64,000 bases of DNA from Nitrosopumilus sp. (GTDB taxonomy: Archaea; Thermoproteota; Nitrososphaeria; Nitrososphaerales; Nitrosopumilaceae), in contig OY759726.1 of NCBI GenBank assembly GCA_963662625.1, positions 1,152,001 to 1,216,000 on the forward strand, given 5' to 3'. Below are positions 56,960 to 64,000 of this stretch, in pieces. The notes beneath the pieces were generated by a model that ran no database searches, was not told where the DNA came from, and saw only the letters and a program-made list of their open reading frames with translations. Made by a program: the position numbers and the translations under genes. Position 1 is the stretch's first letter. The number at the start of each line of letters is the position of its first letter.

Positions 56960-57936
56960 GCGGGACCGGGGGGATCCGGGATAACGCAAGGGCGGTGAAC
57001 CGGTACCTCGGCGAGACGCTGAGCGGGAGCCCGAGGGAGCTTTACGACGCGGCTGGCCACCTCATCGCGAACGGCGGGAAGAGGCTTAGGCCGTACATGG
57101 TAGTCAAGAGCTGCCAGATCCTGGGCGGAAGGAAGTCGGACGCGATGCCCGCCGCCGGCGCAGTCGAGATGGTTCACAACTTCACGCTGGTCCACGACGA
57201 CATCATGGACAACGACGACGTGCGGCACGGGGTCCCGACGGTGCACAGGAAGTTCGGGATGCCGGTGGCGATACTTGCAGGGGACGTCCTGTTCTCGAAG
57301 GCCTACCGGGACATCGCGGGATCCGGCCTGCCCGCGGAGGCGGTCGTGCGGCTGGTCGCCAGGCTGGCCGCAGCCTGCGTGGACGTCTGCGAGGGCCAGC
57401 TGCTGGACATCAGGATGGCCGACGAAAAAAAACTCCCCTCGCAGCGGCGGTACGTCACCATGGTCCGCAAGAAGACCGCGGCCCTGTTCGAGGTGTCCTG
57501 CTCCATGGGGGCGATCTGCGCGGCGGGAAGCCCGCGGGACGTGGGGAACATGGCCTCGTTCGGGAGGAACCTGGGGATAGCATTCCAGATCACCGACGAC
57601 CTCATCGGGGTGATGGGGGACCCGAAGATCACGAAAAAACCCGTCGGCAACGACATCCGCGAGGGGAAAAAATCGCTCCCGATCCTCATGGCGGTGAGGC
57701 GGTCAGGCGGCAAGGACAGGGAGGCCATACTGGGGGCGTTTGGCAACCCGGGCGCGTCGCAGGACGAGCTCGAGAGGGCGGTGGGGGCCATACGCAGGCT
57801 GGGCATCGAGCAGGACGTGAGGGACGAGGCGCTAAAGTACGCCTCCAAGGCCGAAGGGTCGCTGGCGGGGTACTCCGGCCCGGCAAGGGACGGCCTGGCG
57901 GCGCTGCTGGATTTCGTGGTAAGAAGGAGCCTGTGA
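56956..57936 (+). CDS. Geranylgeranyl diphosphate synthase
   Basis: GGKRLRP, FTLVHDDIMD, KTA, FQITDD and GNDIREGK. Confidence 0.9.
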   Translation: MSGTGGIRDNARAVNRYLGETLSGSPRELYDAAGHLIANGGKRLRPYMVVKSCQILGGRKSDAMPAAGAVEMVHNFTLVHDDIMDNDDVRHGVPTVHRKFGMPVAILAGDVLFSKAYRDIAGSGLPAEAVVRLVARLAAACVDVCEGQLLDIRMADEKKLPSQRRYVTMVRKKTAALFEVSCSMGAICAAGSPRDVGNMASFGRNLGIAFQITDDLIGVMGDPKITKKPVGNDIREGKKSLPILMAVRRSGGKDREAILGAFGNPGASQDELERAVGAIRRLGIEQDVRDEALKYASKAEGSLAGYSGPARDGLAALLDFVVRRSL

Positions 57937-57937
57937 C

Positions 57938-59647
57938 TTGGACGCAGGACTCGGGGATGAGATCAGGAAACTGGCGCTGCAAAACGCGTTCGAGCACGGG
58001 GGGCAGACCCGCGACAAGATCGTCTTGGCAAAGGTGCTGGGCGCCCGGCCGGATCTCAGGGGCAGGGCGAGGGAGATCGCCGGGCAGATCTCCGGGGTGG
58101 TCTCGGAGGTCAACGCGATCCCGGTAGCGGAGCAGGGCAGGGAGCTCGAGGAAAGGTTCCCTGGCCTCCTGGCCCCCAAGGAAAGGGCCCCGGAGCGGGA
58201 GGGGCTGCCCCCGCTGCCCGGCGCGGAGCACGGCAAGGTGGTCACGCGGTTTCCCCCCGAGCCAAACGGGTACCCCCACATAGGGCACGCAAAGGCCGCG
58301 ATCATCAACGCCGAGTACGCGAGGATGTACGGCGGCAGGTGCATCCTGAGGATCGACGACACCAACCCCGAGGCGGAGAGGATGGAGTACCACGCGGCCA
58401 TAAAGGTGGGCCTGGACTGGCTCGGGGTGGAGTTTGACACCGTAAAGAGCACGTCTGACGACATGGACCTGCTCCATGAAAAGGGCCAGGAACTCATACG
58501 GTCCGGAAAGGCGTACGTGTGCACGTGCAAGAGGAAGGACATCAGCCGGAACCGGAGGGAGAGAAAGGCCTGCAAGTGCAGCGGGGGGGCCGTCGAGCGA
58601 AACGAGGACGGGTGGGAGAAGATGTTCCAGAAGTTCAGGCCGGAGGAGGCCGTAGTGAGGTTCCGCGGCGACATGGGGTCGGACAACGCGGTCATGAGGG
58701 ATCCCGTGCTGTTCAGGATAATCGACGAAAAGCACTACGTGCTAGGGAACAAGTACCGGGTCTGGCCAAGCTACGACCTCGCGGTGGCGGTCGAGGACAG
58801 CGCGGACGGCGTCACGCACGCCTTCCGCTCGAAGGAGTTCGAGCTGAGGGGGGAGCTGATCGAGGCCATCCTGGACGCGCTGGGCATGAGAAAGCCTGCC
58901 CAGGGGTTCTTTTCCCGGCTGGAGTTCGAGGGGATGCCAGTCTCCAAGAGGATCCTGAGGCCCCTGATCGAGGAAGGCAGGGTGTCGTGGTATGACGACC
59001 CCAGGCTGCCCACGCTGGAGGCCATGAAGCGGAGGGGAATCAGGCCCGGGGCGGTGAGGAAGTTCGTCCTGTCGCTGGGGATGACCAAGGCGGACACCCT
59101 GGCGCCGTTTGGCGCGCTGGAGGCGTTCAACCGGAGGCTCGTGGACGCGGACAGCATCCGGCTGCACATGGTGGCCAGCCCCTCCAGGATCGCGGTAAGG
59201 GGCATGCCCGCGCCCTTCGTGGACCTGCCCAACCACCCCTCCGGGGGGATGGGGACGAGGAGGGTGGAGGTCGGGGAAGGCCTCCTCGTAGCCGGCCCCG
59301 ACGCGGAAAACCTGCGCGCCGGCTCGCGCGTCAGGCTCCTGGGGCTCGGCAACGTCAAGATCACAAAGGCCGGCGGCGGGCTAGAGGGGGATTTCGAGGG
59401 GGACGGCGCGCCGGGAGACATCCCGAAGATCCAGTGGGTCCCGGAGGGCGGCGCGCACGGGCTGACGATCCTCGTCCCGCGCCCGCTCTTTGCCGGCGGC
59501 GAATTCGACGCGGACAGCCTGGAGGAGCTAAAGGTATATACGGAGCCGCACTACTTGCAGCTAAAAGAAGGGGAAGCGATTCAATTTGTCAGGTTCGGCT
59601 ACTGCAGGAAGGATTCTCAGAACCGGGCGGTATTCACGCACAAGTGA
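57938..59647 (+). CDS. gltX: Glutamyl-tRNA synthetase
   Basis: RFPPEPNGYPHIGH, RIDDTNP, SKR and QFVRFGY. Confidence 0.95.
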   Translation: MDAGLGDEIRKLALQNAFEHGGQTRDKIVLAKVLGARPDLRGRAREIAGQISGVVSEVNAIPVAEQGRELEERFPGLLAPKERAPEREGLPPLPGAEHGKVVTRFPPEPNGYPHIGHAKAAIINAEYARMYGGRCILRIDDTNPEAERMEYHAAIKVGLDWLGVEFDTVKSTSDDMDLLHEKGQELIRSGKAYVCTCKRKDISRNRRERKACKCSGGAVERNEDGWEKMFQKFRPEEAVVRFRGDMGSDNAVMRDPVLFRIIDEKHYVLGNKYRVWPSYDLAVAVEDSADGVTHAFRSKEFELRGELIEAILDALGMRKPAQGFFSRLEFEGMPVSKRILRPLIEEGRVSWYDDPRLPTLEAMKRRGIRPGAVRKFVLSLGMTKADTLAPFGALEAFNRRLVDADSIRLHMVASPSRIAVRGMPAPFVDLPNHPSGGMGTRRVEVGEGLLVAGPDAENLRAGSRVRLLGLGNVKITKAGGGLEGDFEGDGAPGDIPKIQWVPEGGAHGLTILVPRPLFAGGEFDADSLEELKVYTEPHYLQLKEGEAIQFVRFGYCRKDSQNRAVFTHK

Positions 59648-59656
59648 GTGGGCGCC

Positions 59657-60523
59657 ATGAGGATAGCGAGGGTCTCCAAAAACGGCAAGGAGACGTACGG
59701 GCTGGTAAGGGACGGCATGCTTGCCACCAAGGACGACATCACGTACAAGACGGGCGTGCCGATACCGCGCAGCGTCAAGGACTTTCTGTTCGACGGGTGG
59801 TACGACGAGATCAAGGACAAGCTGGAGGGCCTCCGGTACGGCACGGACGTCTCAAGCTGCAGGCTGCTGGCCCCGATCCCTGACCCGAACAAGATCATCT
59901 GCCTGGCGTTCAACTACACGGACCACGCCGCAGAGCAGGGGCTGGATGCGCCAGAGGATCCCGTCCTGGTCCTAAAGCCTAGGACGGCGCTCAACTCCGC
60001 GGGGGACGACATCGTGTGCCCCGACTTTGTCACGCAGCTTGACTACGAGGTGGAGCTGGCGATAGTCGTCGGGAAAAACTGCAAAAACATAACGGCGGAG
60101 GATGCGCACGGGGCGATCTTCGGATACATGGTGTTCAACGACATATCCGCTAGGGACATCCAGTTCAAGGACAAGCAGTTCACCAGGGGGAAGGGCTTTG
60201 ACACGTTCGCGCCGTGCGGCCCCTGGATAACCACCGCCGACGAGGTGGGGGATCCGCACGACCTGGGGATGACGACCCGGATCAACGGGGAGCTGCGGCA
60301 GGACTCCTCGACGTCCAAGATGTTCATACGGATCCCGGAAATCGTCTCGAAGATCAGCGAGTGCATGACGCTCGAGAGGGGCGACATCATATCCACGGGC
60401 ACGCCGGCGGGCGTGACGCTGAACAAGCCCGACGGGGTGTTTCTCCGGGACGGGGACACGGTGGAGATGGAGATAGAGGGCCTCGGGGCCCTTAGAAACA
60501 CGGTGAGGGTGGAAAAGCGGTAG
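59657..60523 (+). CDS. Fumarylacetoacetate hydrolase family protein
   Basis: DYEVEL, NDISARD, GKGFDTF and TGTPAGV. Confidence 0.92.
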   Translation: MRIARVSKNGKETYGLVRDGMLATKDDITYKTGVPIPRSVKDFLFDGWYDEIKDKLEGLRYGTDVSSCRLLAPIPDPNKIICLAFNYTDHAAEQGLDAPEDPVLVLKPRTALNSAGDDIVCPDFVTQLDYEVELAIVVGKNCKNITAEDAHGAIFGYMVFNDISARDIQFKDKQFTRGKGFDTFAPCGPWITTADEVGDPHDLGMTTRINGELRQDSSTSKMFIRIPEIVSKISECMTLERGDIISTGTPAGVTLNKPDGVFLRDGDTVEMEIEGLGALRNTVRVEKR

Positions 60524-60568
60524 CGGGCGGCAGGCTGGCTGCGGGCAAGAATGGTGAACGGCGCGGGC

Positions 60569-61408
60569 TTAGTGCCTTGGCATGATGCTGAGCCTGGACC
60601 TCGCGGTGACGGCGATTATGGATATGATTGCCACTCCAAGGATCATGGCCGCAACGGTGCCGAACTCCGGGATTACGTAGGTGCCTATTATCTCGATCTC
60701 CTCAGTGCCAGCCTGGAATTGTATCGTCAGCGTCCGGTACGAGCCAGTGATGGACTCTTCATAGTCCTGCACCTCCTCCCCGTCTACCAGCACGAAGAAG
60801 TCGTCGTCCGTGCCGTCCTCGTACAGGGCGCCCAGGATCGTCCTGGGTATGGAGAGCGTTATCGAGCCGTCTTCAGTGGAATTGATGGTGATGATCAGGG
60901 ACGTCTGGTCTTCATCCGGCATGATGCCGATCACTGTCCCGCCGGAGATCGAGTAGTCCACGGGCTCGGCCCCCTCTTCTATCGTGATGGAAATCCTGTC
61001 GTCCGGCGCCACGGGATCCGTGCCGGTCGCCAGCGCGCCGCCGTAGGCAAACGTGGCCTCGGCCGTGCGGGCCTGGCTGCCGTAGGTCACCCCCACGGTG
61101 TACGTCCCATCGACCTTCCACATGGGGCCTCCTGGCGTCAGCTCCACGGAGAACATCCCGCCGGAATCCACGTTGAGCTGCTCGATGCCTATTATGTTGC
61201 CGTTTGGAGCCGTGACCTTGAGGGCTATTGGCTGCCCCGATAGGAGATCCCTGACCTGCCCGGTCACGAGGATCTTATCGCCAGGCGCATACGAGGCCTT
61301 GTCGGTCATGACCGTCACCGGGTCTGGGATCTGCCCGGATGCCGGTGCCGCGCCGATGCCCGCGATAAAGACCGCCGCCAGCGCAAGCACCTTCAGGTTG
61401 GCGTTCAT
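60569..61408 (-). CDS. PEFG-CTERM surface protein
   Basis: Signal peptide; IEIIGTYVIPEFG followed by a TM helix and basic tail. Confidence 0.9.
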   Translation of the reverse strand: MNANLKVLALAAVFIAGIGAAPASGQIPDPVTVMTDKASYAPGDKILVTGQVRDLLSGQPIALKVTAPNGNIIGIEQLNVDSGGMFSVELTPGGPMWKVDGTYTVGVTYGSQARTAEATFAYGGALATGTDPVAPDDRISITIEEGAEPVDYSISGGTVIGIMPDEDQTSLIITINSTEDGSITLSIPRTILGALYEDGTDDDFFVLVDGEEVQDYEESITGSYRTLTIQFQAGTEEIEIIGTYVIPEFGTVAAMILGVAIISIIAVTARSRLSIMPRH

Positions 61409-61604
61409 GTTTTTCCAGTCTTGATTTCTCTTATTTAAGGTTGTGAAATGCGTCCGCCCGCGCGGCACCCGCGCTGGTGATCGCCGGCAATCCCGCCGAG
61501 GGAGGATTGATCAGATTAGATATATATTAACCTCGGAGCGAATTCTTGACAGTTTGTGCATAGTATTTAACGTCACCTTTAGTGTTTTCAGGGGTGGTTC
61601 GTAG

Positions 61605-61856
61605 ATGGCTGCCAAAAAAAACCAGGTACTCGTGCCAGATCACATCCTCGTCCCAAAGCATGAGATCGTCTCCAAGAAGGAGGCCGAGGAGGTGCTGGGG
61701 AGGTTCAACTGCAAGCCGACCGAACTGCCGCTGATCTTCGTAAACGATCCCGCGATACTGGAGCTTGGCGTGAAGCCGGGGGACATGATCAAGATCACGA
61801 GGGCTAGTCCTACGGCCGGCGAGAGCTTCTATTACCGGTATGTGGTGGAAGTCTGA
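61605..61856 (+). CDS. rpoH: RNA polymerase subunit H (Rpo5)
   Basis: HILVPKHE, LPLI..NDP and SPTAG. Confidence 0.95.
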   Translation: MAAKKNQVLVPDHILVPKHEIVSKKEAEEVLGRFNCKPTELPLIFVNDPAILELGVKPGDMIKITRASPTAGESFYYRYVVEV

Positions 61857-64000
61857 TGGCCGATCCCTCCACCAAGCGCTGGCCGGTGATCCAAGACATC
61901 CTCAAGCGGGAGGGCATCGCCAGGCAGCACCTGAACTCCTTTGACGAGTTCCTGAACAACGGGCTCCAGAGCATCATCGACGAGGTGGGGCAGATAGAGA
62001 TCGAGAACGCCGAATACCCGTACAAGATACAGCTGGGCAAGGTCCGCCTCCAGAAGCCCAGGATGATGGAACTCGACGGCTCCATCACACACATCACGCC
62101 TGCCGAGGCGCGGCTGCGAAACGTGTCCTACTCCGCGCCAGTGATGATGGAGGCAAGCGTCGTCGAGGACGGCAAGGTGCTCGAGTCCAGGTTCGTCCAC
62201 ATCGGCGACGTCCCAGTCATGGCGAAGTCAAACGCGTGCATCCTGCACAACTTTTCCACGCAGAAGCTGGTCGAGCACGGCGAGGATCCGAACGATCCCG
62301 GAGGGTACTTTATCATCAACGGCTCCGAGCGGGTAGTGGTCGGGCTCGAAGACCTGTCGTACAACAAGATCATCGTGGACAGGGAGACCGTCGGGGGAAA
62401 CCCCGTGTTCAAGGCCAAGGTGTATTCCTCGATCGTGGGCTACCGGGCCAAGCTAGAGCTGGTGATGAAGAACGACGGCCTCATCGTGGCCAGGATACCG
62501 GGCTCCCCGGTGGACATACCCGTAGTCACGCTGATGAGGGCGCTCGGCCTGGAGTCCGACAGGGAGATCGCGTCGGTGGTCTCGCTGGTCGACCAGATCC
62601 AGGACGAGCTGGAGGGGTCCTTCGAGAAGGCCGGCGACGTCCAGACGTCAAAGGACGCCATAGTCTACATCAGCAAGAGGATCGCGCCCGGCATGCTCGA
62701 GGAATTCCAGATCAAGCGGGCGGAGACGCTCCTCGACTGGGGGCTGCTGCCGCACCTGGGAAAGCACACGGAGAACAGGAAGGAGAAGGCGCAGTTCCTC
62801 GGCGAGGCCACGTGCAAGCTGCTGGAGCTCAAGCTCAAGTGGATCATCCCCGACGACAAGGACCACTACGGGAACAAGGTCATAAAGTTCGCAGGGCAGA
62901 TGCTCGCCGACCTGTTCAGGACCGCGTTCCGCAACCTGGTCCGCGACATGAAGTACCAGCTGGAGCGCTCGGGCCAGAAGCGGGGGATAAACGCGGTGGC
63001 CGCGGCGATCCGCCCCGGAATCATAACCGACAAGCTGAACAACGCCATCGCCACCGGAAACTGGGGGCGGGGGAGGGTCGGCGTTACGCAGCTGCTGGAC
63101 AGGACCAACTACCTTTCCACGATAAGCCACCTGAGGAGGATCCAGTCGCCCCTGAGCAGGACCCAGCCGAACTTCGAGGCGCGGGACTTGCACGCGACCC
63201 ACTTCGGCAGGATATGCCCGAGCGAGACCCCCGAGGGCTCCAACTGCGGCCTCGTAAAGAACCTGGCGCTGTCCGGAATAATCTCCGTCAACGTGGCGTC
63301 CGCGGAGATAGTCGAGAAGCTGTACGACCTCGGCACCGTCCACTTTTTTGACGCCAAGGAGGACCTGAAAAAGGACGGGACCAGGATCTTCGTGGACGGC
63401 AAGCTGATCGGGTACTACAAGGACGGGCTGCGCCTTGCGGAACACCTGAGGGATCTCCGGAGGAGCTCCAAGATCCACCCGCACGTGGGGATATCTTTCC
63501 ACCACTCCGACATAGAGGGGTCCACCAAGCGGCTCTACGTCAACTGCAACGCGGGCCGGGTCCTGAGGCCCCTGATAATAATCAAGAACGGCAAGCCCCT
63601 GCTCACGCAGGACCTGCTTGACAAGATCTCAAAGAAGCTGCTCTCCTGGACCGACCTGCTCCGCATGGGGATAATCGAGCTGATTGACGCAAACGAGGAG
63701 GAGAACTGCTACGTGACGCTGGACGAGGCCGACGCCAAGGGGCACACGCACCTCGAGATCTTCCCCCCAGCCATCCTCGGCGCCGGCGCGTCGATCATCC
63801 CGTACCCCGAGCACAACCAGTCCCCGAGGAACACGTACGAGTCGGCCATGGCGAAGCAGAGCCTGGGGTTCTCAACCCCCATGATGAACACCAGCACGTA
63901 CGTGCGCCAGCACTTCATGCTTTACCCGCAGACCCCGGTGGTGAACACGAAGGCGATGAAGCTGCTCGGGCTCGAGGACAGGCCCGCCGGGCAGAACTGC
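61856..64000 (+). CDS. rpoB: RNA polymerase subunit B (Rpo2), 3'-truncated by the window edge
   Basis: QHLNSFDEF, DPGGYFIINGSERV, DDKDHYGNK, ETPEGSNCGLVKNL and HNQSPRN; absent from the ORF track because the frame has no stop in the window. Confidence 0.96.
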   Translation, partial: MADPSTKRWPVIQDILKREGIARQHLNSFDEFLNNGLQSIIDEVGQIEIENAEYPYKIQLGKVRLQKPRMMELDGSITHITPAEARLRNVSYSAPVMMEASVVEDGKVLESRFVHIGDVPVMAKSNACILHNFSTQKLVEHGEDPNDPGGYFIINGSERVVVGLEDLSYNKIIVDRETVGGNPVFKAKVYSSIVGYRAKLELVMKNDGLIVARIPGSPVDIPVVTLMRALGLESDREIASVVSLVDQIQDELEGSFEKAGDVQTSKDAIVYISKRIAPGMLEEFQIKRAETLLDWGLLPHLGKHTENRKEKAQFLGEATCKLLELKLKWIIPDDKDHYGNKVIKFAGQMLADLFRTAFRNLVRDMKYQLERSGQKRGINAVAAAIRPGIITDKLNNAIATGNWGRGRVGVTQLLDRTNYLSTISHLRRIQSPLSRTQPNFEARDLHATHFGRICPSETPEGSNCGLVKNLALSGIISVNVASAEIVEKLYDLGTVHFFDAKEDLKKDGTRIFVDGKLIGYYKDGLRLAEHLRDLRRSSKIHPHVGISFHHSDIEGSTKRLYVNCNAGRVLRPLIIIKNGKPLLTQDLLDKISKKLLSWTDLLRMGIIELIDANEEENCYVTLDEADAKGHTHLEIFPPAILGAGASIIPYPEHNQSPRNTYESAMAKQSLGFSTPMMNTSTYVRQHFMLYPQTPVVNTKAMKLLGLEDRPAGQNC

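Overview
High-GC archaeal DNA from an ammonia-oxidising thaumarchaeon (Nitrososphaerota, most likely Nitrosopumilaceae; a Cenarchaeum-like host-associated lineage is an inference from GC content and gene style). Most of the window is core genome: the 3' end of argH, RFC large subunit, the acetyl-/propionyl-CoA carboxylase of the 3-HP/4-HB cycle, an 11-subunit complex I operon, mdh, a GDGT ring synthase-like radical SAM enzyme, surface proteins, a multicopper oxidase/ZIP pair, rps13-rps4-glmS, the rpoN-eno-rps2-mevalonate/isoprenoid-gltX cluster, rpoH, the 5' part of rpoB and five tRNAs. Accessory material lies at about 0.9-5.9 kb (MITE, frameshifted cupredoxin/nuclease fusion, IS66 remnant, HEPN gene), about 29.2-30.3 kb, and 42.2-45.0 kb. 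The standout is at 42.26-44.98 kb. An IS5-family element with an 8-bp target duplication has its left terminal inverted repeat split at a TG dinucleotide by an intact IS110-family element. The structured left non-coding end of that IS110 carries exact 7-nt matches to both the target flank and its own donor end. This is a candidate archaeal bridge-RNA-guided recombinase programmed against another transposon's ends. All assignments come from reading motifs by eye; no database searches were run.
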